Below, piece by piece: positions 8,951-18,574 of a stretch of DNA of 64,000 bases. This DNA comes from a phage. Positions within the stretch are counted from its first letter, which is position 1. Each line of letters opens with the position of its first letter. The notes under the pieces were generated by a model. That model worked only from the letters and a program-made list of their open reading frames with translations. It was not told the origin of the DNA and searched no databases. The stretch is from sequence record PZ445527.1. One strand, written 5' to 3'. A program made the translations under genes and the position numbers.

Positions 8951-9183
8951 TATTTAATTCCCATGTAACGTTTGAGATACATGATGAAGTCTTCTGTTGT
9001 ATGTTCTACGCTACCCTGAACCACAAACAACTTTAAAGCCTCACGCTGTAATTTAAGAGCAGCTAACTCACCGCGTAATTTTGTTATATCTTCCGCTAGT
9101 TCTCTAGCTCTGCGCATAATAGCAAATGATACAGATGTTACAATAAATAACATAACTGCTAAAATAATTACTATGAACTCCAT
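8950..9183 (-). CDS. small membrane protein 77 aa
   Basis: ORF track; N-terminal TM segment then charged helix. Confidence 0.5.
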   Translation of the reverse strand: MEFIVIILAVMLFIVTSVSFAIMRRARELAEDITKLRGELAALKLQREALKLFVVQGSVEHTTEDFIMYLKRYMGIK

Positions 9184-9461
9184 ATTAACATCCAGCTCTT
9201 ATCGTATATTTGGGCATGTTCTACTAATTCATTTATTGATATAGAATTATCGTAGATACTCTCTAGTAAACATTTTCTGTCAAATTTATCTACCAAATAC
9301 TCCGCGCCATTTATCACTACCCTATATAGCTCTGGAACTAAGGGGTGTTTGTTTGGTATTGGGCGACTGCCTAAGTCTATTTCATTATATCCCCACGTTG
9401 TTTTAAATAGTTTGTTACTAAGTGCTGCTAGTGGGTTTGACCATACAATATAGCTACTCAC
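9171..9461 (-). CDS. hypothetical protein 96 aa
   Basis: ORF track. Confidence 0.45.
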   Translation of the reverse strand: MSSYIVWSNPLAALSNKLFKTTWGYNEIDLGSRPIPNKHPLVPELYRVVINGAEYLVDKFDRKCLLESIYDNSISINELVEHAQIYDKSWMLIWSS

Positions 9462-10002
9462 TATTTATCTCCATTCTTAACTTTGAAAACTTATTATACC
9501 AAACTATGTAATTATCGTCAATTACAAATTTATGATAACATGCTGGTACGGTATAAGTTCCATAATCCGTGACACGCTGCACAACCTTGTGTGCGCACAG
9601 TCGACATCCATGCCCTTCTAAATGAGATCTAGCAGTTTGCCAGTAATAACCATCATGGTCTGGACAATAGATCTCGACTTGCTGTTGCATTGTCTTATAA
9701 TTTACACGCTCATACCCGAAGAAAGCCCCGTGAGCTGCAATAGCTTTCTTGATAAATATAAGGTTTAGCGCTTCTTGCTGGAAGTCGGGATGTAGCTGCT
9801 TAATTTTAGTTCTATTAATAGACCCATCCGATTTGATGAACCTATTTATTGGAAAGTTGTTAGCTTCCTCGATTAATAATTCATTTACTTTCTCTCTCAT
9901 ATTAGATACTCTCACAACTAAGGTGGAAACATTCGTAAGCATCCCCAGTAAACTCTTTATCTTGTAATAAACACTTAGCCTGGTCTTCCGGTACTCCAGC
10001 AT
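9454..10002 (-). CDS. hypothetical protein 182 aa (Cys/His-containing, HGCRLCAH)
   Basis: ORF track; start may be internal. Confidence 0.5.
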   Translation of the reverse strand: MLEYRKTRLSVYYKIKSLLGMLTNVSTLVVRVSNMREKVNELLIEEANNFPINRFIKSDGSINRTKIKQLHPDFQQEALNLIFIKKAIAAHGAFFGYERVNYKTMQQQVEIYCPDHDGYYWQTARSHLEGHGCRLCAHKVVQRVTDYGTYTVPACYHKFVIDDNYIVWYNKFSKLRMEINSE

Positions 10003-10105
10003 CTAATAATTGTTGTTTACTTGGCTTTTCAGCAAATACCTTTACAAAATACTCGCCATCCTGATTATACTCATTTATATCTCTAGTAAGGACATATACT
10101 TGCAT
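9902..10105 (-). CDS. hypothetical protein 67 aa
   Basis: ORF track; overlaps 5' end of previous ORF so one start is probably wrong. Confidence 0.35.
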   Translation of the reverse strand: MQVYVLTRDINEYNQDGEYFVKVFAEKPSKQQLLDAGVPEDQAKCLLQDKEFTGDAYECFHLSCESI

Positions 10106-10123
10106 TTAAAGTTCCTTGAAAAC

Positions 10124-10153
10124 ATAAAAGGCCAGAACAATTAAGTCCTGGCC
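10124..10153 (-). terminator. rho-independent terminator (ggccag...ctggcc stem, U-tract)
   Basis: 6-bp stem at 10130-10153 followed on minus strand by UUUU (plus aaaa 10126-10129). Confidence 0.55.
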
Positions 10154-10161
10154 TCCTAAAA

Positions 10162-10533
10162 TTAATGAAGTTGTTTACCACTTCTTAACATAGTGGCCGT
10201 TTCCATAAGACCTAGCGTAGCATCACGCTTATTGATCTGTTTACCAAGTTCATCAGTACGTTTACTGATGTAAGCATTAATAGCCATATTCATAGCTGTA
10301 GCGAGATCTTCTTTGGTTATCTCTTCATCGTCTAAAGCTAATTTAGCCAAAGAATCAAATGTGCTAGAGAGTCCTATAAGATCTGAGGTTTCTCCAGCCA
10401 AAATAGGATTAATATTATCTACTGTTACTTCTAGCATGGAGTTGACAATATCTTCACCGTCTATTAGACCAGTTTCAATATTACTCTCCCACTCCTTCAT
10501 CTGCTCCAATAATGGATTTTTCTTTTCTGTCAT
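10162..10533 (-). CDS. hypothetical acidic protein (about 123 aa)
   Basis: ORF track 10162..10599; start moved to internal ATG to avoid 119-nt overlap. Confidence 0.45.
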   Translation of the reverse strand: MTEKKNPLLEQMKEWESNIETGLIDGEDIVNSMLEVTVDNINPILAGETSDLIGLSSTFDSLAKLALDDEEITKEDLATAMNMAINAYISKRTDELGKQINKRDATLGLMETATMLRSGKQLH

Positions 10534-10942
10534 GGTAGAGGTTTCCTGTGTCAGTCGGTAAGAAGGATGATTGCGTTTTAGGTGGATGTTGCTTAGCAAT
10601 CCAGTTAAGAATCAGCACGCGACTAGGAACAATATCGGTGTTATACCAAAAATCGTGAACCCATTGACGAGCGTCTTCAAACTTACCAAATTTATATGCT
10701 TTCTTAAACAATTCAAATCCAAAACAATCTGGTGTAAAGTCTACTTCGCGATATTGAATTACTTTAGAACCAGTTAGGTCTTGGATCGCTGCATTAATTT
10801 CTGTATGTGAGAATTTTGTTTCATGAAACTTATTAAAGAATCGGTAGTTGAAGCGTCCGTTCGTTTCGACAAACAACTGGATGAAAAGATCGTTAAATTG
10901 GTTATCAAACCAGTAATTCTGTAGTTGTTGTAGTGCTGTCAT
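10481..10942 (-). CDS. hypothetical protein 153 aa
   Basis: ORF track. Confidence 0.5.
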   Translation of the reverse strand: MTALQQLQNYWFDNQFNDLFIQLFVETNGRFNYRFFNKFHETKFSHTEINAAIQDLTGSKVIQYREVDFTPDCFGFELFKKAYKFGKFEDARQWVHDFWYNTDIVPSRVLILNWIAKQHPPKTQSSFLPTDTGNLYHDRKEKSIIGADEGVGE

Positions 10943-11139
10943 TTACGAACCCCGTTAATCGCCATAATGATGCCTTCGTACATAAAAGGAAGTAGCCCAG
11001 AAGTATAGAATATACTTTCCGTTATTCCTAGATGTCGAAAAAGTACATTAAATAACGCTGTTAGAAATACAATCTGAGGCAATAATACAAAATACTCAGT
11101 TACAATCTTTGGTGCCTGATAAACAAGACGTTTTATCAT
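10939..11139 (-). CDS. small membrane protein 66 aa
   Basis: ORF track; hydrophobic. Confidence 0.45.
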   Translation of the reverse strand: MIKRLVYQAPKIVTEYFVLLPQIVFLTALFNVLFRHLGITESIFYTSGLLPFMYEGIIMAINGVRK

Positions 11140-11238
11140 TGTTTTTAAGTCTCCTTATTACTTTGGCCTGCTCCACAATAATGAAAACTGCGAGCACTAA
11201 TAGTGCTATTAGCCCCGCAGTAATTGGTACTAAATCAA

Positions 11239-11583
11239 TCATGGGAGACGCCATACGTAATTAGCTGTCTGTAGGACCATAGGAGTACCATTATGGTGCA
11301 TTACTACAGACGTTGGAGAGTAACTATTCGCCAGTTCTGTACGAACCATCTCACGTTCTTCTCCAGTTTCAATATTTTTAACAACCACCTTCATTTTGAG
11401 AGGTGTCAGTTCAGAGAGCGGTTTCCAAGAGTCCTCAATTTCAATTCCTACCTTTTTCTCAATTAACATGAGAACTTCTAGTGTATCATCTGGAATACTA
11501 ATATTATTATTTACAAACTGTAACAGCTCATGCAAAGTATTTAATTCGTTGAAATTAAGTTTCATCTTTAAGAATATCCTCAA
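11239..11583 (-). CDS. hypothetical protein 114 aa
   Basis: ORF track. Confidence 0.5.
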   Translation of the reverse strand: MRIFLKMKLNFNELNTLHELLQFVNNNISIPDDTLEVLMLIEKKVGIEIEDSWKPLSELTPLKMKVVVKNIETGEEREMVRTELANSYSPTSVVMHHNGTPMVLQTANYVWRLP

Positions 11584-11800
11584 TCATATCACAGGACTGT
11601 TGCAATTCGTCAGCAATGCGCTTAACATCGGTCTTCGTCACTTTACCGATTAACATCACTAGTAGCATAGAAAATATAACAAGGGGAACTGGAATAACAA
11701 ATAATGCTACCTTAACTACATTCTTTGGTGCCCATGTATGGTATTTAGTAACTAGAACTCCCACCACGATTAGATAAAATGCTAGAATAAACATCATCAT
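11555..11800 (-). CDS. small membrane protein 81 aa
   Basis: ORF track; two TM segments. Confidence 0.5.
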   Translation of the reverse strand: MMMFILAFYLIVVGVLVTKYHTWAPKNVVKVALFVIPVPLVIFSMLLVMLIGKVTKTDVKRIADELQQSCDMIEDILKDET

Positions 11801-12078
11801 TTTTTAATCTCCGTAATTATCTGTGCACGCATTACTTTATTAGGTAATTTTGTATTCCCAGCTATTGCTTCAATATTATTTAGTTTTTCTTTAAGAATAT
11901 CTGAGCGTCTTTGTGCTAATTCAATATCTTGCTCTTGCTCTAGTAACCGGTGGTGTAGCCCATCATTAGTAATGAGCATACTTTCCATGTTTTTTCGTGC
12001 GTTTACAATCCCAATAACTCCACCAATCGCTACTAGCGTAGTAAGAACCAGTAACCCAATAAGAATTTCAATCAACAT
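11797..12078 (-). CDS. membrane-anchored coiled-coil protein 93 aa
   Basis: ORF track. Confidence 0.5.
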   Translation of the reverse strand: MLIEILIGLLVLTTLVAIGGVIGIVNARKNMESMLITNDGLHHRLLEQEQDIELAQRRSDILKEKLNNIEAIAGNTKLPNKVMRAQIITEIKK

Positions 12079-12241
12079 TAAATGTCCTTACATTTTTCAT
12101 TGTTTGGAACTAGTTTACACATCTCCACATTTAACTCGTGGATAGAATTGTCTAGTTCTTCTAAACGTGTGTGAAGAAAAACTATACTATATATTAACAC
12201 TCCTAAAAGGAGTGACAGCATAAAAATGGATAGTCTTTCCA

Positions 12242-12538
12242 TTATTTCTTACCTTTCAGTTGTTTAACTTCACGCTCAAAGCTAGCTGCACGGCGTTCTG
12301 CCACTGCTTGATGCTCCTTAGCAAAGCGTGCCTCTTGTTTTGCTAAGTTAAAGGCCATAGCGTTCTTGTTAAGAGAATCATACATCTTCTTCATCGCCGG
12401 AATAGACATTTTCATCAGTTGCCCCTCAAATCCTTGCATGTCGAGGAGAATTGCTAATACATTGGCCATTTCAGTCTTGGTAAGGTTAGAGGCGTCGAAG
12501 TCTTTAGTCATGTTTTCCATTAGAATTTCCTCTCTCAT
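12242..12538 (-). CDS. hypothetical protein 98 aa
   Basis: ORF track; consensus promoter immediately upstream. Confidence 0.55.
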   Translation of the reverse strand: MREEILMENMTKDFDASNLTKTEMANVLAILLDMQGFEGQLMKMSIPAMKKMYDSLNKNAMAFNLAKQEARFAKEHQAVAERRAASFEREVKQLKGKK

Positions 12539-12553
12539 TAATTTATGAACTTA

Positions 12554-12582
12554 TTATACAGAATTTTGAGGTTTAAAGCAAC
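12554..12582 (-). promoter_or_regulatory. sigma70 promoter, T5 early type (TTGCTT-17-TATAAT)
   Basis: Minus strand reads TTGCTT, 17-bp spacer, TATAAT; AT-rich upstream; gene start about 20 nt downstream. Confidence 0.7.
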
Positions 12583-12598
12583 TGAATTTTTTAATTAC

Positions 12599-13030
12599 TT
12601 ACCAATCGTTAACAACACCAGAGAACTCAGAAGCAAAAACTTTCTCAAATTTTTCTGCAATTTCAGGATGATCCTTACAGATCAACTCAATACATGCTTC
12701 TGGAGTCATTCCTTCGTCTTCAGGATCACCATAATACTTGTCCCAAAGATCGTCAGGGATGATGTGCTCTGCCAAATCTTGGAAAGAGATTAGCTGATAA
12801 CGTTCTGCTTCCTCAGGGATAAGGATTTCACAAAGATCTTTATCTATATCACTACGGTAATCAGCAATTAGCAGGGCATTGCAAGCATGACACTCCCAAA
12901 CCATCAAGCGTTCAGAAATAGAATTAGACTTATCCTGAATGTAGGACTGAAACAGGGTTCGAAAAGTAGCTTTAACTTGTTCAAACTTATCTGCTGCTGC
13001 AAAAACTAGAGCTTTATCAACTTTGTTCAT
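12599..13030 (-). CDS. hypothetical acidic protein 143 aa
   Basis: ORF track. Confidence 0.55.
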   Translation of the reverse strand: MNKVDKALVFAAADKFEQVKATFRTLFQSYIQDKSNSISERLMVWECHACNALLIADYRSDIDKDLCEILIPEEAERYQLISFQDLAEHIIPDDLWDKYYGDPEDEGMTPEACIELICKDHPEIAEKFEKVFASEFSGVVNDW

Positions 13031-13060
13031 TTTGTTTCCTTCTCATCAATTTATAAAGTA

Positions 13061-13089
13061 ATTATACAGAAACTTAGGCATTTTAGCAA
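13061..13089 (-). promoter_or_regulatory. sigma70 promoter, T5 early type (TTGCTA-17-TATAAT)
   Basis: Minus strand TTGCTA(17)TATAAT then gagaagga SD and ATG at 13030. Confidence 0.75.
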
Positions 13090-13197
13090 ATAAAACTTTT
13101 AATTAAAATGCCTAATCCTGTACTAATAGCAATACAAATGATTATAAGTATTGCTACTGCTTGTATGACTCGTTTAATGATAACCTCAGCTATATAC

Positions 13198-13719
13198 TTA
13201 GACATTTAACATCCAGCTAGTTTTATCATGGGAAGTATACTTACCACTCATGATGTCTTCCAGGCGTACTGGTGATTTTGCATACTCTACACAAACGTTA
13301 ATATAACGAGGGTCTCCCATTAACTCAAAGTGAGTATGCCCATGTAAGTTCTTTTTACCCCTCAGCTCCTCTGGATGTACTGGAGCATGGGAAAGCCAAA
13401 AGTTTTTATACTTAACTAGGGATTGTACATTATCTACTACTCCTACTAAGTCTTTGAAAGATAACCCTTCTCGTTCTAAGTCGTGGTTCCCCAAAACTAA
13501 TATAGTTCTAACATTGCTAAAGAGTTTTTCGAACTTTTCCAAACCATTTCTAGATACAAATGCATCTCCTAAAATATAAAATACTGTACGCTTATCTTTC
13601 ATGGATGTAATAGTATCCATAATAAATTCATCATGCTCTTCCATAGTAGAGAAGATTGGTCTGAATTTAGTAATATTTGCATGTCCTAAATGGAGATCAC
13701 TCCAAAAGCAAACTTTCAT
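13198..13719 (-). CDS. metallophosphoesterase (calcineurin-like) 173 aa
   Basis: Motifs DLHLGH, GDAFVSRNG, GNHD, HGHTH. Confidence 0.7.
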   Translation of the reverse strand: MKVCFWSDLHLGHANITKFRPIFSTMEEHDEFIMDTITSMKDKRTVFYILGDAFVSRNGLEKFEKLFSNVRTILVLGNHDLEREGLSFKDLVGVVDNVQSLVKYKNFWLSHAPVHPEELRGKKNLHGHTHFELMGDPRYINVCVEYAKSPVRLEDIMSGKYTSHDKTSWMLNV

Positions 13720-14594
13720 TAAAGGATCCTCTGTACACCACAGCTATTATTTTTGTCAGTGGTAAATGCTGTGATTTTGCCAGTTTCATCATTAACCTGC
13801 GCAACCGTCAACTGCCCGTTGAAAACACCGCCAGTATCAAGATAAACACGGTTTTTATAAAGAAGTGGGTAAGGTACTCCAGTATGCCCGTGAAACACGA
13901 AATCTATCCCTTTAACTTCTGGCACTTCCACCATATATTCTTCTTTAAATCCTGCATAACGCTGGAAATAGGGGTGTTCCTCAACATTTTTAGACAAGTG
14001 GAAGCCTATTTCTTGGATTACATCTCGATCCCATAAATATGGTTCAACATGGTATCCAGGAGGGTCATGTGGGTCTTCCTTAGCTGCTTCTACTTGTGCA
14101 ATAAGGTTATCCCATACTGGGGTTTCAACTTCGTTACCACATTCTTTGTACATAAAAGGTACACCACCATGAACAACACCATATTTCTTGCCACGATGTT
14201 TAACAGTTAGGAATACTGGCATTTTTTCAGCCATGTCTTCGGCAATATTTTTAATGGTATCTGCATCTAGTTCATTCATAGCCCACATACCACCGTTATA
14301 CATCCAGTTAGCCCAATCTCCTACAATCATAAACTGGTCATGATTTCCACGAACGCTACAGAAACGTGGATTATACAGGAATTTGGCTAAAACTTGTAGG
14401 TTCTGCGTGCCTCGATCAATTAAATCTCCCACGCATACAACGCAATCTTTCTTGCCGTTATAGCCAGCTAATTGTAGTGCATCTTCTAGCAAATCGTTGC
14501 ATCCATGAATATCACCAACAAAGAATAAGTTAACATCATCAGGTACTACTAGTGTTTTATGTACATTAAATTCTTTTTTCATAATTATTCCCAA
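13719..14594 (-). CDS. serine/threonine protein phosphatase (calcineurin-like) 291 aa
   Basis: Motifs GDIHGC, GDLIDRG, GNHD, HGG; size typical of phage Ser/Thr phosphatases. Confidence 0.8.
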   Translation of the reverse strand: MGIIMKKEFNVHKTLVVPDDVNLFFVGDIHGCNDLLEDALQLAGYNGKKDCVVCVGDLIDRGTQNLQVLAKFLYNPRFCSVRGNHDQFMIVGDWANWMYNGGMWAMNELDADTIKNIAEDMAEKMPVFLTVKHRGKKYGVVHGGVPFMYKECGNEVETPVWDNLIAQVEAAKEDPHDPPGYHVEPYLWDRDVIQEIGFHLSKNVEEHPYFQRYAGFKEEYMVEVPEVKGIDFVFHGHTGVPYPLLYKNRVYLDTGGVFNGQLTVAQVNDETGKITAFTTDKNNSCGVQRIL

Positions 14595-14830
14595 ATAACA
14601 TTTAAAATAGTTGTACCATAGTTATTCGATAGTTTGAGAGTATAACCCTCTTTATTGAGGGCTTTTATAGCCTCATAACTAATTTCGTCACGATTAAGCT
14701 GTACAAAGGAACCTCCAATCTCGACAGAAGATACTATCCTCCGCTTAACCCATCTATACGTTTTCTTTCGGCTCTTAAGGAGTGCAGCTCTATTAACCCT
14801 AGCTAAATGTTTTGCTTGCTCTGCTAACAT
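14585..14830 (-). CDS. hypothetical protein 81 aa
   Basis: ORF track; promoter upstream. Confidence 0.5.
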   Translation of the reverse strand: MLAEQAKHLARVNRAALLKSRKKTYRWVKRRIVSSVEIGGSFVQLNRDEISYEAIKALNKEGYTLKLSNNYGTTILNVIWE

Positions 14831-14857
14831 TTAATCCTCCTATCAATCTATATAAAT

Positions 14858-14886
14858 ATTATACCAAAATTTTTAGCAAAAAGCAA
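14858..14886 (-). promoter_or_regulatory. sigma70 promoter (TTGCTT-17-TATAAT)
   Basis: Minus strand TTGCTT(17)TATAAT then ggagg SD. Confidence 0.7.
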
Positions 14887-14927
14887 GTAAAATAAAAGCC
14901 TGATCCGCTAAGATCAGGCTTGGTTTA

Positions 14928-15224
14928 TTAATCCTCTGGATTATCATCCAGGAAATTTTTAATAGCTTCGTGCATAGTTTCCTTACGAAGCTGACGTCCA
15001 ATCAAAATATGGTTAGCTTCTACTCGACCATTAGGTAAGCGATCTGCCAGAACTACTACAGGTACTTGACGTACACCAAATTTCTGCATTAATTCTGTAT
15101 TATCAGTCTCTTTATGGACTTCCAAGTTATAGTCATTGACTACTTTATCAAATACTGGCTCGAAAAGAGCACAAGGACGACACGTGGAACCTTTTAATAA
15201 ATAAATAATTTTGCTCATATACAC
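14928..15224 (-). CDS. thioredoxin/glutaredoxin-like redox protein 98 aa
   Basis: CxxC motif (STCRPC) near N-terminus, size of NrdH/Trx-like proteins. Confidence 0.55.
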   Translation of the reverse strand: MYMSKIIYLLKGSTCRPCALFEPVFDKVVNDYNLEVHKETDNTELMQKFGVRQVPVVVLADRLPNGRVEANHILIGRQLRKETMHEAIKNFLDDNPED

Positions 15225-15231
15225 TCCTATT

Positions 15232-15771
15232 TTACTTGTTAAGCTCTTCTAAATCTGGTATATATCCAAGAAACTCCTCAATTAAAGCGTACTCCCCAGC
15301 AATCTCCTGTCTAGACTTATTCGCTAAGTCTACTGCCAGAGCTAAGTCTTCATAATTGAAGGTTCCTTTCATACGTTTTCGGCCTGTTTCATCCGTAATT
15401 TGAACTCTCCATTTCTGCCTATCTTTAGCCCACATAACATTTGCATATCCAGATTTGGACTTTCTATGCTTCTTATTACGACAATTTTGTGGTTTAGATG
15501 CAGAACGTAAGTTTTTCCATCGGTTATTTTGTGGATTTCTATCTATGTGATCCACAAATTCAGGTATATATCCTTCCATATATAGGAAGGCCCATCTATG
15601 GGCTCCCTGCCTCTCCCCTTCCACCATTATCATTATGTAATCATTGTTATATAGAGTTCCAGCTTCCATTCCCCTCTTTACATACTGATTATTACCATCT
15701 ATCTTCCAGGTAAATATCCCGGTTTCTGGATTATATTCTAGTAATTCTTTTAGTCTTTCTTGAGTGATCAC
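15232..15771 (-). CDS. HNH homing endonuclease (AP2-like N-terminal domain) 179 aa
   Basis: N-terminus MITQERLKELLEYNPETGIFTWK, HNH-type His/Asn core; paralog of 39016..39558. Confidence 0.7.
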   Translation of the reverse strand: MITQERLKELLEYNPETGIFTWKIDGNNQYVKRGMEAGTLYNNDYIMIMVEGERQGAHRWAFLYMEGYIPEFVDHIDRNPQNNRWKNLRSASKPQNCRNKKHRKSKSGYANVMWAKDRQKWRVQITDETGRKRMKGTFNYEDLALAVDLANKSRQEIAGEYALIEEFLGYIPDLEELNK

Positions 15772-16172
15772 AATTTATTAATGGCCTCTAAGAAGTTTTT
15801 CATGCACTTAACAGTTGCGGTGCTGAGGTCTAGAGTAGTTCCTAAACATTCTGTTAATGCTGCCTGGTAAGGCGCTTTTAAACGCCCTTCAGGGACTTCT
15901 ACCTTTTTGTAGGTTTTATTCTTTACTTTATCTAGCATAGCTTCAAGAACATTGAGAGGCAACTTCGCACCCTCAATATTCACACCAAGCATTTCGGTCA
16001 GCATGTTATTAAGATCAATACGAGTAAGTTTCTTGCCTTTAGACATAGTAGTTCCTGCCTTCTTCTCAAGTTTTTTACGCTCTGGTGAATCGAGGTCACG
16101 TAATGCGATGTTCAACTCATATGGAGCCATGTTATAATGTTCCGCCATTTGAGTGTAGAAACGATCAGACAT
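15768..16172 (-). CDS. hypothetical protein 134 aa
   Basis: ORF track. Confidence 0.55.
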   Translation of the reverse strand: MSDRFYTQMAEHYNMAPYELNIALRDLDSPERKKLEKKAGTTMSKGKKLTRIDLNNMLTEMLGVNIEGAKLPLNVLEAMLDKVKNKTYKKVEVPEGRLKAPYQAALTECLGTTLDLSTATVKCMKNFLEAINKL

Positions 16173-16247
16173 AGTATATACCTCTCTTAACTAATTTATG
16201 TATATATTATATAATAACTAGGGCTAAAAGTCAACTACTTTTTTATC

Positions 16248-16664
16248 TTAATCTACTGCATGTATAAATCTTTTCCTAACTAGATACATAGTTATTGGGT
16301 AAATTGAGTACATAAGTATAGGGGAGAAAAGGGTGAAATACGCTGTAACTCCCCCAGCTAACATCAAAGGTATTAATGCTAGAGTAAGGGCCATAAGAAT
16401 CATACCGAATGAAACAGCCAAAGCTATGGATATAGGATTCTCTAGTTCCATCCATAACCAACAATATTTCGTATCTCTGTGGCAATTGCATTTACAAACG
16501 CCGAATAAACCCATAATTATATACTCTAGTCCGTGAATAACCTTTATTAATAAGCTATTTCGGGTAGTTAATGCAATGATAGTAAAGACTATCATTAAAA
16601 CGAATACTACTAGACTTATTTTCCAAATACCTAGCAGCATCATAGTGAATAGTTCTGCAAACAT
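16248..16664 (-). CDS. multi-pass membrane protein (lysis-associated, holin candidate) 138 aa
   Basis: Several hydrophobic helices; immediately downstream of endolysin. Confidence 0.5.
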   Translation of the reverse strand: MFAELFTMMLLGIWKISLVVFVLMIVFTIIALTTRNSLLIKVIHGLEYIIMGLFGVCKCNCHRDTKYCWLWMELENPISIALAVSFGMILMALTLALIPLMLAGGVTAYFTLFSPILMYSIYPITMYLVRKRFIHAVD

Positions 16665-16705
16665 GGCTTTCTCCTATCTTCAAAAGTTATTAAAGCCCCC
16701 TTTGC

Positions 16706-16730
16706 CTAAAAAGGCGGGAGTATTCCCGCC
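16706..16730 (-). terminator. rho-independent terminator (ggcggga-gtat-tcccgcc + U-tract)
   Basis: 7-bp GC stem at 16713-16730, UUUUU on minus strand. Confidence 0.65.
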
Positions 16731-16739
16731 GTATCTTAC

Positions 16740-17153
16740 TTAAATCAATTCTATATGTGGGCCATCAAAAGTACCACGTTGGATTTCATCCTTATAACTT
16801 CCGTTCTGGTTCCAATCACCACCCCATCTAATCTTTACCCCTAGCTCTTCTGCTGCCTTAAAGAAGGCATCTGCCACTAATTTGAATGATTCTAAATCAT
16901 TCCAATCAATCTTCCCATTTTTAAGAGGAGCAAAGTCAACGGCCAGCCCTTGTACGTGTTTTGACTTGCTCGGGTCTTTTAAAAACGAGGTTCCATTCTT
17001 AATATTTTGGGCGCTTTGTTCTAAGGAACGTAATCCTTCTGTAATTGTAAAATCATATGGGCTTAATTCTAAAGCTCTATGAGTTACTCTTACTAAATCT
17101 GGATGAACACCCTTTAATCTATCTAAACTTCTTTTACTAAATTTAAAACTCAT
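16740..17153 (-). CDS. lys: endolysin, L-alanyl-D-glutamate peptidase (peptidase M15 type), T5 endolysin-like
   Basis: 137 aa, same length as T5 endolysin; conserved blocks LELSPYDFTI, NGTSFLKDPSKSKH, DFAP, GKIDWNDLE. Confidence 0.85.
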   Translation of the reverse strand: MSFKFSKRSLDRLKGVHPDLVRVTHRALELSPYDFTITEGLRSLEQSAQNIKNGTSFLKDPSKSKHVQGLAVDFAPLKNGKIDWNDLESFKLVADAFFKAAEELGVKIRWGGDWNQNGSYKDEIQRGTFDGPHIELI

Positions 17154-17860
17154 ATTGACCTACCTAAAGACCTCTGTTGTGGGGAACAGAGCTTTGCTAA
17201 ATATTCCTTGAACTGTTCAGAATCAGCTGTATCTACCGGATTATCTTTCCAAGCAATACCAATGTACCCAGCATAGATATTTTTTAGATTGAAGTATGGA
17301 CAAGTGTATATGTAATTAAAAGTAATGTTTTTAAACGCAGGTATATTTAACCCCATATATTTATTTACTCTTACACTTAAATCCGATGCGTAGTTAAAGC
17401 CCTCTAAATGACGTCTGTATAATTCAGACGTTTTATTTACCGCTTTATCGGCCAAGTCAGCCCTATCTAATTGCGCATTACTTTCCCATGCAATAATATT
17501 GGAATAATCATTGATAGCATCTGGTTTATACTTGACTACAAAAACAGCATCTGCACCCGTCTGAGAGAAGAGAACCATGCTCTTTTCCCTCGCCACATTA
17601 GGGAAGTTATCTATCCTCTGGGTTTGTAAATCCTGTAAAACTGCAGACGTGGAAAAAGTCTTTAAGAATGACATCACTTCACTAGTATTACTAACGAATA
17701 AGAAAATAATGACAGCAACTAAGATAGTTAGCAGACGTTTAAGAAGCGATGCTGGGTCTTTCGCTTCTTGGAGCAGTACTGTTAATAATTGTAAGAACTT
17801 TTCCAATTTGTAACCTCCTCTAACCAGTACCATTATACTAATTTTGGAGGAAAATTTCAA
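17150..17860 (-). CDS. membrane-anchored protein 236 aa (possible holin/lysis regulator)
   Basis: N-terminal TM helix (LLTILVAVIIFLFV); directly upstream of and overlapping endolysin. Confidence 0.5.
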   Translation of the reverse strand: MKFSSKISIMVLVRGGYKLEKFLQLLTVLLQEAKDPASLLKRLLTILVAVIIFLFVSNTSEVMSFLKTFSTSAVLQDLQTQRIDNFPNVAREKSMVLFSQTGADAVFVVKYKPDAINDYSNIIAWESNAQLDRADLADKAVNKTSELYRRHLEGFNYASDLSVRVNKYMGLNIPAFKNITFNYIYTCPYFNLKNIYAGYIGIAWKDNPVDTADSEQFKEYLAKLCSPQQRSLGRSI

Positions 17861-17962
17861 TGGGTTTTTAAATGTTATACTTGGAGCACAAAATTATGTC
17901 GTTGTCAAGAAGAATTTTAGATAAAAGAAAAGCCAGGGTACTTAACCCTGGCTTAAAATTAC

Positions 17963-18562
17963 TTACTCTTCGTTGCGCTCCTCGGATTGAGGTAACTGCG
18001 CTTTATTATATTGCTCAGATCGATATTTTGCCAAGATTTCAATACGTTTATGGATTTCCTTGCTATCTAGATAGATATTTTTGTTGTCTTTTACCATCTC
18101 GTCGATTTCATCTATTGAGAAGAACGGATAGTAGACATCTAGCATCATATCTTCTACGAACTTGTTGTAAGATTCATAGGCTTTCTTGATTTCTTGACCT
18201 TTCTCACAGAACCCGCCAGAGAACGTGTGTCCCATTAGCGTAGCATGTGGATGTACTACCCATCCATGACAAGATAGGAAAATTGTGCAGTAAGCAGAAG
18301 CACTAGGACCAATCAGGTGTCCTATAACTGTTCCACGGCAATTAGCAATTAAGTTAGATAACTGTGCAGCGGTATCAACATAGCCACCAGGGCCATTAAT
18401 CATCAGATTAATTTCATCGTCCTCATTTGCCTGCATAAGTACCATTGATAAATCACGGTATTCATCCGGCGGACCAAGTTCTTCATCAAAGAAAAAGGTA
18501 TACTCGTTAGATTGGCGAATAGAGTGGAACAGGTTAGTCTTTTCTTCTTTTTTATTAGTCAT
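17963..18562 (-). CDS. ClpP-like serine protease 199 aa
   Basis: ClpP-type blocks (INGPGGYV, GHLIGPSASAYCTIFL). Confidence 0.65.
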   Translation of the reverse strand: MTNKKEEKTNLFHSIRQSNEYTFFFDEELGPPDEYRDLSMVLMQANEDDEINLMINGPGGYVDTAAQLSNLIANCRGTVIGHLIGPSASAYCTIFLSCHGWVVHPHATLMGHTFSGGFCEKGQEIKKAYESYNKFVEDMMLDVYYPFFSIDEIDEMVKDNKNIYLDSKEIHKRIEILAKYRSEQYNKAQLPQSEERNEE

Positions 18563-18574
18563 AGCGATCCTTGA

